Notes: a model not told the origin generated them from the sequence alone. Shown: positions 38,369-48,591, numbered from the stretch's first letter. The stretch: 64,000 nt of DNA from Candidatus Woesearchaeota archaeon (GCA_018221135.1 JAAOYB010000050.1:527-64526); one strand, 5' to 3'. Program-made: numbers and translations.

Positions 38369-39172
38369 ATGCTTAAGAGAATAAATATTTTGATAATCTT
38401 GTTTTCTTTCATACTAGCTATATACGTTGGTTTCTTCCCCAGCTTAGTACTGAACCTAAGATTCGTTTACTTACTACTAATAATTCTAGGTAGCTTCGCT
38501 GGGCTCTTCAACGTCTTTGGTGAGAAGAACAAAGAGTTCTTAATAGCAAACGTCGCTTTTATTATAAGTGCCACAGCGATTAATAACATCTTAGAAAATT
38601 ATTTCTTGCTAAACTACTTATCACACACTCTTAACAATCTAGTCTTATTCTTAGCACCAGCGACTATCGTCGTTGCTTTCAAACCTATCTTGGAGTTTCT
38701 TAGTGACTCAAAATTAATCTTTGACATAAAAGATGATAAAAAGAAAAAAGGGTACACTCCTTGGGACATAGTTATACTTTACACCGTCGCCATAGTATTA
38801 ATAACTCTCGTGATAGAATTGTTCTTTGACGTCTCAGATTTCGAAGGAGTACTAAACACGATAAACTGGATAATCTTTGTTATCTTCTTACTTGACCTTG
38901 GTGTTTTGTATCAAAGAAGTAAAGGAATAAAAGATTTCGCTAAGAGTTATTGGCTTGACGTAATAGCAACGGTTCCCTTAGGACAAGTGTTTAAGTTGGC
39001 TAAGTTCTTTAGGTTCGTAAGAATTGTAAAAATATTATCTAAGACAGGAAAAGCTTCTAAGATTATTAAAGCTGAGAGGCTCACAAAATTCAGCGAGTTA
39101 CTCAAATTCTTTTCTAATAAGAGCGGGCTTGAACCTTTCGAGAAAGACGAAGCTGTTAAGAAGAAAAAATAG
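38369..39172 (+). CDS. membrane protein with C-terminal voltage-sensor-like S1-S4 domain (S4 'FRFVRIVKIL') and no pore domain
   Basis: 8 predicted TM; S3-S4-like 'YWLDVIATVPLGQVFKLAKFFRFVRIVKILSK' with basic residues every third position; ATG 38369 preferred over TTG 38300. Confidence 0.5.
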   Translation: MLKRINILIILFSFILAIYVGFFPSLVLNLRFVYLLLIILGSFAGLFNVFGEKNKEFLIANVAFIISATAINNILENYFLLNYLSHTLNNLVLFLAPATIVVAFKPILEFLSDSKLIFDIKDDKKKKGYTPWDIVILYTVAIVLITLVIELFFDVSDFEGVLNTINWIIFVIFLLDLGVLYQRSKGIKDFAKSYWLDVIATVPLGQVFKLAKFFRFVRIVKILSKTGKASKIIKAERLTKFSELLKFFSNKSGLEPFEKDEAVKKKK

Positions 39173-39238
39173 GTTGGTTTTTTCTTTGTCCAAAAGGTAT
39201 ATAAATAAATAAAAAGGTATTTTCTTAAACACAATAAA

Positions 39239-40540
39239 ATGGTTAAGCAAAGCTATAGCGCAGGGGACATAGTAAAAGTAACTACAACTGATGAAGTAGT
39301 TGAAGGTATGATACTCCCAAGACCTGATATTCTAGAAGGAGACTTTCTTGTCTTAAAACTAAGCTCTGGCTACAACATCGGAATCGATGAAAAAAAGATA
39401 AAAAAAGTAGAAGTAACCAAAAAATATTCTGCACCAAATCAAAAAAAGAAGAAATTATCTTATAAAAAAGGGTTGAGTAATGTTAGCGTTATAAGCGCGG
39501 GGGGCACGATTAGTAGCAAAGTTGATTACAGAACTGGTGGAACCGTGGCGGATTACACAGCAGAAGACTTTGTTGAGATGATGCCAGAACTAGAAAACTT
39601 GGCCAATATCAAAGCGATAAAAAGCCTCAATATTATGAGTGAGGACATGAATAATACTCACTGGGAAAAAATCGCAAAAGATATACAAAAAGAGTTAAAC
39701 TCAGACGCTGATGGTGTGGTTTTATCTCAAGGTACAGATACATTGCAGTACTCAGCAGCTGCTTTGTCATTCTTCTTTCATGACGTGAAAAAACCAATTA
39801 TTATAACGGCTTCGCAAAGAAGCATTGATAGAGGTAGCAGTGATGCTTACCAAAACTTGGTTTGCGCTATTAACGCAGCAGCGAACCTAAACGGAGCAGG
39901 AGTGTATGTTTGTATGCACGCTAATTCAAGTGATGATTATTGCTACTTGATAAAAGCTTCAAAAGTTAGGAAGATGCATACTAGTAGGAGAGACGCTTTT
40001 AGACCTATAAACACTTCTGCTTCGGCAGAGGTTTACATGGATAAAAAAATAAAGGTTGTAAAAAGTGATTTTAACAAGCGAGATAATAAAAGTAAAACAA
40101 AGCTTCATTTGTTTTTCGAAGAAAAAATAGGTTTTATACAAGCAAACCCACTTATTGATTCTAAACTCATTGATTTCTTTGTTGAAAATAAGTACAAAGG
40201 ATTAGTTATCAGCGGGACCGGTCTTGGGCACATACCCTTAGAGGGTAAAAATAGTGTTAGGAAAAGTCTTGAGAACGCTAGGAAAAAAGGTTTAGTAGTG
40301 GTTATTGCTTCTCAGTGCCTTTATGGAAGAGTCAATCCTTATGTTTATAGTAACGCAAGAGAGCTCTTATTTAATTTTGATCTCATCTACGCAGAGGATA
40401 TGTTGCCAGAAACCGCTTTTGTTAAACTAGGATGGGTTCTTGGACAAACTAAGGATTACAATAAAGTTAAAGAGTTAATGCTAACAAGCATCGCTGGCGA
40501 GATTAATAAGAACCTTGATGATGAGAGCTTTCTATACTAA
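39239..40540 (+). CDS. gatD: Glu-tRNA(Gln) amidotransferase subunit D (asparaginase-like)
   Basis: Asparaginase-fold motifs 'GGTISS', 'HGTDTL'; adjacent to gatE. Confidence 0.9.
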   Translation: MVKQSYSAGDIVKVTTTDEVVEGMILPRPDILEGDFLVLKLSSGYNIGIDEKKIKKVEVTKKYSAPNQKKKKLSYKKGLSNVSVISAGGTISSKVDYRTGGTVADYTAEDFVEMMPELENLANIKAIKSLNIMSEDMNNTHWEKIAKDIQKELNSDADGVVLSQGTDTLQYSAAALSFFFHDVKKPIIITASQRSIDRGSSDAYQNLVCAINAAANLNGAGVYVCMHANSSDDYCYLIKASKVRKMHTSRRDAFRPINTSASAEVYMDKKIKVVKSDFNKRDNKSKTKLHLFFEEKIGFIQANPLIDSKLIDFFVENKYKGLVISGTGLGHIPLEGKNSVRKSLENARKKGLVVVIASQCLYGRVNPYVYSNARELLFNFDLIYAEDMLPETAFVKLGWVLGQTKDYNKVKELMLTSIAGEINKNLDDESFLY

Positions 40541-40546
40541 AAAAAA

Positions 40547-42328
40547 ATGGATTATAAGAAGTTAGGTTTGAAGTGCGGGATTGAAATCCATCAACAACTA
40601 GACACCAAGAAATTATTCTGTGATTGTAACAGCGTCATAGTTGATGGAAAACCAGACTTTGAAGTTGAGCGAGAACTACGAGCAGTTATTGGGGAAACCG
40701 GGGAGATAGACCAAGCCGCGCTTCACGAACAAAAAAAGCAAAAAAGATATGTTTATCATGGTTTCAAAGGCAGCTCCTGTCTTGTTGAGCTCGATGAAGA
40801 ACCACCTCATATCATGAATAAAGTTGCTTTAGAAATCACGTTGCAAGCAAGCCTGTTGCTTAATGCTAGGATAGTTGACGAAGTTCAAGTCATGAGAAAA
40901 ACAGTTGTTGATGGCAGTAACACCGCTGGTTTTCAAAGAACCGCGCTAGTCGCAAGAAACGGTTTTGTAGAAACAAGCAATGGCAAAGTCAAGATTCCTA
41001 ACATCTCAATCGAAGAAGACGCTTGCAAGATTGTTAAGCGAACAAAAGATCACGACATTTATAATTTGTCAAGACTCGGAATACCCTTAATAGAGATAGG
41101 GACAGACCCTGATATCAAGACTCCGTTGCAAGCAAGGGAAACCGCTGAGAAGCTTGGGATGATTCTTAGAAGCACCAGCAAAGTGAAACGTGGATTAGGA
41201 ACTATTAGACAAGACGTAAACGTCTCAATTAAGGGCGGTGTCAGAGTTGAGATAAAAGGAGCTCAGGACCTTAGAGGAATCCCAAAACTAGTAGATAACG
41301 AAGTACTAAGACAACAAAACTTGCTAGGATTCCCAAAGAATGTTAAGACAGGAGAAATAATTAATTTATCAAAAACGCTAACAAAAACTAAAAGCAAGAT
41401 ATTAAGAAGCAGCCTTGATAATAAAGGTGGGGTATTTGGGTTAAGAATTATTGGTTTTGGTGGTAAGCTAAAAGAACACATCAATCCTGGCAAGAGGCTA
41501 GGAGCGGAACTAAGCGATTTTGCTAAGGCAACAGCTGGAGTCGGCGGATTATTCCACTCAGATGAACTCCCTAATTATGGTATTACTCAAAAAGAAGTAG
41601 GAAACATAAACAAAGCTCTTAAACTAAAAAACGGTGATGCGTTCGTACTCGTAGCGGATAACAAAAGCGTTGCTAATAAAGCTTTGGAGATGGTACGCCA
41701 CAGATTGAAGAATCCTTTGGTAAAAGAAGTTAGGCGCGCTAATGAAGACGCCACAACCACTTATCTTCGTCCCATGCCTGGCGCGGCGCGTATGTATCCA
41801 GAAACAGACACCGTCCCAATAATTACTGATATCAAAAAAATAAAATTACCAGAAATAATAGAGGACAAAATAAAGAGGTACGAGAAGAATTACAAATTAT
41901 CTAATGATTTAGCAACGCTTATTGTAAAAAGCGGGTTTGAGTTTGAGAAAATAGTCAAGAAATACAAAGAAATTCAACCATTATTCTTAGCAGACACCTT
42001 GATAAACGCTCCTAAAGAGATAAAGAAGCGCTACGATAAAGATTTAGAAATAGAAGAACACCTAGATGAAGTGTTCTCAAAACTAAACAATGATGAAATC
42101 CCTAAAGGCGCAGTTTTCGAAATCCTAGTGGAATTGGCTTCTAACAAAAAAGTTGATTACTCCAAGTACAAAGGAGTAAGCGACGACGAAATCCTAAAAG
42201 TCCTAAAAAAAGTTGTAAACAAAAATAGAGGGGCTCCGATGGGCGCGTTGATGGGAGAAGCCATGAAGCTCTTAAGAGGCAAGGCTGATGGTAAAAAAAT
42301 AAGTGAGTTACTAAGAAAACTAGTTTGA
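40547..42328 (+). CDS. gatE: Glu-tRNA(Gln) amidotransferase subunit E
   Basis: GatB/E fold; ~590 aa with C-terminal YqeY-like domain; archaeal-specific partner of GatD. Confidence 0.9.
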   Translation: MDYKKLGLKCGIEIHQQLDTKKLFCDCNSVIVDGKPDFEVERELRAVIGETGEIDQAALHEQKKQKRYVYHGFKGSSCLVELDEEPPHIMNKVALEITLQASLLLNARIVDEVQVMRKTVVDGSNTAGFQRTALVARNGFVETSNGKVKIPNISIEEDACKIVKRTKDHDIYNLSRLGIPLIEIGTDPDIKTPLQARETAEKLGMILRSTSKVKRGLGTIRQDVNVSIKGGVRVEIKGAQDLRGIPKLVDNEVLRQQNLLGFPKNVKTGEIINLSKTLTKTKSKILRSSLDNKGGVFGLRIIGFGGKLKEHINPGKRLGAELSDFAKATAGVGGLFHSDELPNYGITQKEVGNINKALKLKNGDAFVLVADNKSVANKALEMVRHRLKNPLVKEVRRANEDATTTYLRPMPGAARMYPETDTVPIITDIKKIKLPEIIEDKIKRYEKNYKLSNDLATLIVKSGFEFEKIVKKYKEIQPLFLADTLINAPKEIKKRYDKDLEIEEHLDEVFSKLNNDEIPKGAVFEILVELASNKKVDYSKYKGVSDDEILKVLKKVVNKNRGAPMGALMGEAMKLLRGKADGKKISELLRKLV

Positions 42329-43414
42329 TTAATCTTCTTGGTTTCTTTTCAAGAACCAAAATAAGCTTTTCTTTTTTGTCATGTCTTTTAACTTGAAACT
42401 CTTATAGAACAACAAACTCATCCCTATTAGGCTCACCAGTATATCTCTTGAACGAATCAAGAAACTCAATGCTAGACTCTTAGAAATACTTATGTTTAAG
42501 AACCTAAAAATACTTGCTTGGCTCAACTCCAAAGACCCAAGAGCCGCCGGAATAGGAATAATATAAGCGAATCCAACAACGGTGATTATCAAGAATAACT
42601 CTGTGATGCTCGCATTGTACCCCAGCATTAAAAGCGCAGTTTTGAATTCTAAGAACATCAAAGCCCACAAAACAAAACTGATAAGAATGCTTGTTCTGAA
42701 TTCTTTTTTGTTCTTAGTAAAAAATCCGAATACGTTGTCTCGCACACTTCTTATTTCTCTCAAATACTTTTTTAGGAACACTACTCTTTTTAGTTTTTTT
42801 AAGAATTCATCAAAGCCTCTCCGCCTATTAGAGATTTTCATGTAAAGCCGAATCAAGAAAAACGCGCTTATAACTAGTGCTATTCCTAGTAGTGTGAATC
42901 CTCCGTAGCTCATCTTATAACTAAATAATACTAATAATAATCCTAGCATTGCAAAAAAGGAGTTCATACTAATCTCTATGCTCTTATCAATTAATACCGT
43001 GCTTATAGCCGTGGTGAAAGGGACATTGTATCTTTTTAGAAGTATTGCTCTTACTGGCTCGCCTCCTATGTGCGCTGCGGGGGTGAAATAATTAATTCCG
43101 TACCCTATTATTCTGTAAGCCCATAACTTCCTAAACGGGATGTCGTAACCTGTAGTCTTGATTATTATCTTCCAGCGAACTACTAAAAATAATTGTATTG
43201 TTAAGCTGATTAGGATGTATAATAAGAATAGTCGAAGACTCGTGTACGCGAAGTTAGAGAATACGTCAATGACGCCTTTGTAATAATATAACAAAGAGAG
43301 TACTAGTACACCCATAGTTATTGATAAGAGTATGAACCATTTGTCTTTGTTAAGCCTAAAGAAGAGTTTTTTTATTGGTTCTTCTTTTTTCCTCATAATA
43401 AAAGGAATCCTCAT
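42329..43414 (-). CDS. polytopic membrane protein (UPF0104/flippase-like, MprF TM-domain family)
   Basis: ~8 TM; architecture reminiscent of TIGR00374. Confidence 0.4.
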   Translation of the reverse strand: MRIPFIMRKKEEPIKKLFFRLNKDKWFILLSITMGVLVLSLLYYYKGVIDVFSNFAYTSLRLFLLYILISLTIQLFLVVRWKIIIKTTGYDIPFRKLWAYRIIGYGINYFTPAAHIGGEPVRAILLKRYNVPFTTAISTVLIDKSIEISMNSFFAMLGLLLVLFSYKMSYGGFTLLGIALVISAFFLIRLYMKISNRRRGFDEFLKKLKRVVFLKKYLREIRSVRDNVFGFFTKNKKEFRTSILISFVLWALMFLEFKTALLMLGYNASITELFLIITVVGFAYIIPIPAALGSLELSQASIFRFLNISISKSLALSFLIRSRDILVSLIGMSLLFYKSFKLKDMTKKKSLFWFLKRNQED

Positions 43415-43504
43415 AATACACTATTATTTTTTTGGTGCCTTAAATAATTTTTTAATTTTTTTATAGTTAAATATATAAAATGATTTCTTCATAAATAAAG
43501 GGTA

Positions 43505-44449
43505 ATGAGAGGTTTTGACATTGTTTGTGTTGGTAGCGCTACTAGCGACGTCTTTTGTGATACTAATTGCGAAGTTGTAAATATTAAGAAAAAAGGGGTG
43601 AGTGAAGAAGTCTTAGCTTATCCTGTAGGCTCAAAAATATTGATTAATGACATCTCTTTTGAGATCGGCGGCGGCGGGACTAACACGGCCGTGGCGGCGT
43701 CGAGGCTTGGGCTTAGAGCTGCGTATCTTGGTAACATCGGAGAAGATGATAACGGCAAAAAAGTGTTGAGTTTATTAAGAAAAGAAAAGGTTAGTTTTGT
43801 TGGCACCAAAACTGATGATATGACTAATATGAGCGTTGTTCTTGATAGCGTAGAAGATGACAGAACAATCCTTGTGTATAAGGGTGCGAGTAATAAGTTA
43901 AGATTTGATAAAGTTAATAAGACTCGGCTTAAGGCTAAGTGGTTTTATCTTTGCGCCATGGTTGGCGACGCTTATGTGGAGCTTGAAAAAATTGCTTTGT
44001 TTGCTAAGAGCAAAGGATCAAAGATAGCTTTTAATCCTAGTAGTTACTTAGCGCTGAAAGGCGGCGAGTATTTGAAGAAAGTTTTGAAGATAACAGATTT
44101 CTTAATTCTTAACAAAGAAGAAGCCGAGTTATTAGTAGGAAAGAACGAGAGTTGTGAAGCGCTAGCTAGGAAGCTCTCAATTATTGGTCCTACTAACGTT
44201 GCTATCACCGAGGGTAAGAAACCTATCACTGTTCTCTATCAGGGTAAAATAGATGTTTTTAAGCCTAACCTGATTAAGAGCAAAGAAACCACGGGGGCAG
44301 GCGACGCGTTTGGAAGCACGCTGATAAGCAGTCTTATACTAAATAAGGATATAGAAGCCTCGGTTAAAGCAGCGATTAGTAATAGTGAGAACGTGATTCA
44401 AAGCTTAGGAGCAAAGAACGGCTTATTAACAAGAAAAGACTTATTCTGA
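43505..44449 (+). CDS. PfkB-family carbohydrate kinase (ribokinase-like)
   Basis: 'GGGGTNTAVAASRLG' and 'TGAGDAFGSTLI' PfkB signatures. Confidence 0.8.
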   Translation: MRGFDIVCVGSATSDVFCDTNCEVVNIKKKGVSEEVLAYPVGSKILINDISFEIGGGGTNTAVAASRLGLRAAYLGNIGEDDNGKKVLSLLRKEKVSFVGTKTDDMTNMSVVLDSVEDDRTILVYKGASNKLRFDKVNKTRLKAKWFYLCAMVGDAYVELEKIALFAKSKGSKIAFNPSSYLALKGGEYLKKVLKITDFLILNKEEAELLVGKNESCEALARKLSIIGPTNVAITEGKKPITVLYQGKIDVFKPNLIKSKETTGAGDAFGSTLISSLILNKDIEASVKAAISNSENVIQSLGAKNGLLTRKDLF

Positions 44450-44702
44450 ATTTTTTTTTGAGCGAAACCTTTTTATACCAATTGAAGACTTCCTATTCAT
44501 TAAAGTGATGCAGTACGACAGAAGCATTATAAGGCCGAGACTACATAAGAAAACGGTGAAACACGATCATCATAACATGATAATCACAGAGAACTTAACA
44601 TATCTTTTCAGAATGTTTCTGATAAGCATGGTCTTTGTTGTATTAATCCTTTCTTTCTCAACGTAAGGCTTATAAATAATTGAGAATAAATCATTAAGTG
44701 TT

Positions 44703-45626
44703 ATGGGACTAACTAGTAATCTTTCTCTGCAAAGAAAAGCACAAACTAAGAAGTACGCGGTGGGGGCTTTTAACATAAGTAACATCGAAATCTTACAAAG
44801 CGTATTAAGCGTTGCGACCAGACTTAAGAGCCCTGTAATTATAAGCACGACGCCAAGCGCGATAAGCTACGCAGGACTACAAAACATTTCTTGTGTCGTG
44901 AGAAACGAAGCGAAGAAAAGCGGTGTTCCTGTTAGTCTTCACTTAGACCATGGGAAAAGCTTTGATGATGTTAAGATGTGTGTAGACGCGGGTTATAGTA
45001 GTGTCATGATCGACGCGTCTGATAAGAGTTTTCTGCAAAACATTAAGTTAACAAAAAAAGTTGTGAGTCTTGCTCATAAAAAAGGTGTTAGTGTCGAGTC
45101 AGAACTAGGAGTTCTTTGCGGCGTAGAAGACAACGTGAACGCCTCAGAGAATGTTTGCACAGTCCCAGCGCAAGCAAAGGAATTCGTAGAGCGAACAGGG
45201 ACAGACACCTTAGCTGTCGCGATTGGTACTAGTCACGGCGCTTATAAGTTCAAAGCGACTCCTAAGCTTCGTTTTGATATCTTAAAAGAGATAAGAAGCC
45301 TCGTTAAAACACCATTAGTTCTTCACGGAGCCAGCGGGGTACCAAGCAACCTATTAACAAAACTCAAAAGTGTGGGTGTTGGGCTTGGCAAAGCCAAGGG
45401 CGTACCAGATGCACAGATAAGAAAAGCCATTTTGGAAGGCGTCACTAAGGTTAACATCGACACAGATATTAGATTAGCGTTTACTTATGGTGTTAAGAAG
45501 TTTTTAGGTGATAACAAAAAAGTTTTTGATCCAAGAAAGATTCTTGGAAACGCAAAAAAAGAAATGGAGAAGATAGTAGAACAAAAAATGTTGCTTTTTG
45601 GTTCGAAAAACCAAGCAACAAACTAA
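44703..45626 (+). CDS. fba: class II (metal-dependent) fructose/tagatose-bisphosphate aldolase
   Basis: 'YAVGAFN', 'HLDHG', 'SVMIDAS', 'GTSHGAYK', 'LVLHGASG' motifs. Confidence 0.85.
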   Translation: MGLTSNLSLQRKAQTKKYAVGAFNISNIEILQSVLSVATRLKSPVIISTTPSAISYAGLQNISCVVRNEAKKSGVPVSLHLDHGKSFDDVKMCVDAGYSSVMIDASDKSFLQNIKLTKKVVSLAHKKGVSVESELGVLCGVEDNVNASENVCTVPAQAKEFVERTGTDTLAVAIGTSHGAYKFKATPKLRFDILKEIRSLVKTPLVLHGASGVPSNLLTKLKSVGVGLGKAKGVPDAQIRKAILEGVTKVNIDTDIRLAFTYGVKKFLGDNKKVFDPRKILGNAKKEMEKIVEQKMLLFGSKNQATN

Positions 45627-45657
45627 AAATGTTTATGTGGTTGGGAGGAATAATTTT

Positions 45658-47649
45658 ATGAGTCACACTTTACTTTTTTCAAATATCGACGAAGAGAACA
45701 GGGCTTTTGTTGGGGAGAAAGCGTATAATCTTAGCCTTGCTAAAAAATACGTCGAGGTCCCTAACGGATTTGTCATCACCTCTGAGGCTATGAAGTATTT
45801 CTTAGAGCATAATAATTTGGTTGAGACGATAAAGACCTATCTTGATAGTTTGATGAGTGAGAACGAGAACATAATGGCGGTTGTTAACGCTGTTCAAAAA
45901 AGTGTTATCCAAGCAAAAATCCCTGATGATTTGGGTGATGAGATAAGAGAATTATATGAAGGCTTAGCTTATGATAAGGAGGACAGCCCTGAGAATTTAT
46001 TAAAGCCTAAAGAGGGAGAAGAAGTCTTGGTTTGCGCTCGTCACGGTGATTGGAGTGAGCAAAACGACAATGTTTATTTGCTTAACGTTCGAGGTGAGAG
46101 TAAGCTTTTCGATGCTGTTAAGGTGTTGTTTGCTAGTAATTTTATTAGTACTAAAATAATTAATAGTAAGAAAGAAGGCTTGGATGTTTTCAAAAACGCT
46201 GCTCAGCCAGTCATAATTCAAAAAATGATTAATGTTCATAGAAGTGGTGTTAGTAGTAGTTTTAACATCAAGAACAATAAGATGCATCAAGTAACCATCG
46301 CTGCTCATTTTGGTCTTGGAATCGCAAAAGATGATGAGAAACTGGGTTTTGATGAGTACGTTCTTAACGAAGACTTTGACATCTTAGACTCTAAGGTTGG
46401 TGAGCAAGCGTACGCTTATGAAAAAGATTTGGATAGCGACGCCACTGTCAAGTATGATTTAAAGGATAATAGTAAAAAAGAAAAAATCAGTGCGTCTCAT
46501 GCTAATATGATTGGGAGAACCACTAAGAAACTCGCTAGGATTCTTGAATCCGCCGTTGTTTTGGAATGGGGGTTCTACAAAAATTTTTTGTACATCTTTG
46601 ATGTTAAGCCAGTAATTGTAGAAGAGGATTCTGATCAGCAAAGAATAGATGAATACGAGGAAGAAGTAGAAAGTAGTACTCAAGAAGAAGGTGTGTTAAG
46701 AGAAGAAGAATCTGAAACGTTTGAGAGACGCGACGAGGAAGAAGTAGGAGTAGTTGATGAGAGCATCACTGTTAGTGACTACCAAGATAGCGACCTTGAT
46801 GAGGACTTGGAGATTCTTAGAGACTTAGAAAAAGAAAACCTTGTCTATGATGATGAAACCAGCAAGAAACCAGCAGCAGCAGAAAAAGGTAGTTTTTTTG
46901 ATGTTGATTCATTTGTTGGCACAGAAGACGAAAACGAAACAGAAACCACACAAGAAGAAAATGTTAAAAATGATGAGGGTTTTGCTTATGACTTCTTAGA
47001 AGGAGACCTCCCTGATGATAGGATAACTGTTGTTGACGAAGAAGAAAGTTCTGAAGAATTAGGACAAGACGAAGACAAAGGCGACGATGACGATGAAGGA
47101 GACGCTGATTTGCTTGTTGATGGCGATGATAATTTTTTTGAGAGCGCTTCTGAAAAAATAATTGAGAAAGACGCCCAAGAAGAAGAGGGAGTGAAGGGTG
47201 ACGATGACGTTTTTCTTAGTGGTTTAGAAGTAGAAGACGATGGAGACTTTATTTTTTCAAAAGAAGAAGAAAGTGGAGGAGAAAATGTAGAAGAATCTTC
47301 GTTTCTTGATGAAAGCGTAAGCCCTGTTGATACGGATTTACTAAAAAAAAGTGAAGAAGAAGAAAATGATTTTATTAGTTTAGGCGAAGAAGAAAGTATT
47401 AGCGAGTTTGACAACCGGATTTTTAGTGCTCTAAGAAGCAAGTACTCCGAATTATTTGAGAGGAGCCCTCCTAGTGACTTTGCTTATTTGTTAGAAGAAT
47501 TAAAAACAAGAATCCGGGTTCCTTTTGAAGAAGATATTAAGAGGGTTTATGAGATAAAGCAAAGCTACGACTCCGACTCGGATAGTGTTAATCTTTCGGA
47601 CTTAGAGTTTTCTAGAGACACAACTAGTAGGTTCTTAGAAGAATTCTAA
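45658..47649 (+). CDS. PEP-synthase/PPDK N-terminal (ATP-grasp nucleotide-binding) domain protein with ~350-aa hyper-acidic C-terminal tail
   Basis: 'FVGEKAYNLSL...GFVITSEAM' and 'VCARHGDWSEQNDNVYLLNVRGE...VIIQKMINVHRSGV' match PPDK_N; no phosphohistidine or PEP-utilising domains; tail >40% D/E; ATG 45658 with GGAGG RBS preferred. Confidence 0.6.
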   Translation: MSHTLLFSNIDEENRAFVGEKAYNLSLAKKYVEVPNGFVITSEAMKYFLEHNNLVETIKTYLDSLMSENENIMAVVNAVQKSVIQAKIPDDLGDEIRELYEGLAYDKEDSPENLLKPKEGEEVLVCARHGDWSEQNDNVYLLNVRGESKLFDAVKVLFASNFISTKIINSKKEGLDVFKNAAQPVIIQKMINVHRSGVSSSFNIKNNKMHQVTIAAHFGLGIAKDDEKLGFDEYVLNEDFDILDSKVGEQAYAYEKDLDSDATVKYDLKDNSKKEKISASHANMIGRTTKKLARILESAVVLEWGFYKNFLYIFDVKPVIVEEDSDQQRIDEYEEEVESSTQEEGVLREEESETFERRDEEEVGVVDESITVSDYQDSDLDEDLEILRDLEKENLVYDDETSKKPAAAEKGSFFDVDSFVGTEDENETETTQEENVKNDEGFAYDFLEGDLPDDRITVVDEEESSEELGQDEDKGDDDDEGDADLLVDGDDNFFESASEKIIEKDAQEEEGVKGDDDVFLSGLEVEDDGDFIFSKEEESGGENVEESSFLDESVSPVDTDLLKKSEEEENDFISLGEEESISEFDNRIFSALRSKYSELFERSPPSDFAYLLEELKTRIRVPFEEDIKRVYEIKQSYDSDSDSVNLSDLEFSRDTTSRFLEEF

Positions 47650-47652
47650 AAA

Positions 47653-48591
47653 TTATTTTTTGAGTACCAATACTTTTTTTGATAATGATTTGTGAAGGTA
47701 TACTTCGAACTCGTTTTTGACTTTCCAAGGACCTATTAATTTTTTGTAATCCAAAAAATTTGGGAGTCCAACAATCATCGTCTTAGATAAAGAGTAGTAC
47801 TTGTTGAAGAATTCTAAAAAAAGTGTGTTTAGTTCTTGGCTTGCCTTACTGTTCCTCGCGTATGGGAGGTCGCTTACTACTAAGCTAAACCTTTTTTTGT
47901 TATCAAGTGCGCTTTTGTTGATTAACTCGTACTTTCTTATTTTGTAATAGTCTAAGTTTATCTTGCTTCTGTTAATCATTATCTTATCAATATCAAAGCC
48001 GACTGGCTTGTATCCTAGTAGTCCTGATTCTAAGAGGATGCCTCCGCTTCCACAAAAAGGGTCGCATAATACTCCTTTTGTTTCTCCGCCTAGGTTTATC
48101 ATCGCGCGTGCAATCCGTGGGCTTAGACTCGTGGGGTGAGGCTCGGGTTTAAGATGGCTTTTCCTATTCTTCCATGACGTACTAATCTTTTTTTCTAAGA
48201 CGCAAATAAAGGCTTTTTCTTCTCGAATAAATACTTGTATTAGCGTGTCTGGTCTTCTTAGGTCCACAACTGGTTTTTTTAGGTTTCTGTAAATATTTGC
48301 TGCGTGGCTTCTCTCACTTTTTTTGTCATCGCTTCTAAAAGCATAACTACCACTTATTACTTTCTCCCAATTAACTTTTCTTAGTTCTTCTTCTAATAAC
48401 TCTTTTTTTGTTATGTTTATGACTTCGTAGATTTCTTTTGTTAGGCTGAGTCTCTCAGCGTAACTTTTTTTTGTTTTGAAGACTAGTATGTCACCTATTA
48501 ACTCGTGTTTTTTTGGTTTGTATAACGCTAAGACTTCTTGTTTTGAGAAGCTTACATCTTCTTTTATTAACAAAAATAGTTTATAACTCAT
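47653..48591 (-). CDS. tRNA (guanine-N2) methyltransferase, Trm11/TrmG10 family (THUMP + class I MTase)
   Basis: 'DPFCGSGGILLE' SAM-binding, 'SDLPY' catalytic motif. Confidence 0.65.
   Translation of the reverse strand: MSYKLFLLIKEDVSFSKQEVLALYKPKKHELIGDILVFKTKKSYAERLSLTKEIYEVINITKKELLEEELRKVNWEKVISGSYAFRSDDKKSERSHAANIYRNLKKPVVDLRRPDTLIQVFIREEKAFICVLEKKISTSWKNRKSHLKPEPHPTSLSPRIARAMINLGGETKGVLCDPFCGSGGILLESGLLGYKPVGFDIDKIMINRSKINLDYYKIRKYELINKSALDNKKRFSLVVSDLPYARNSKASQELNTLFLEFFNKYYSLSKTMIVGLPNFLDYKKLIGPWKVKNEFEVYLHKSLSKKVLVLKK

Noticed and set aside
39959-40141. 60-aa minus ORF inside gatD
   Set aside because: Antisense shadow ORF within a high-confidence CDS.
44570-44848. 92-aa minus-strand ORF overlapping the start of fba
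   Set aside because: Overlaps the well-supported fba CDS and the non-coding spacer; hydrophobic junk composition.
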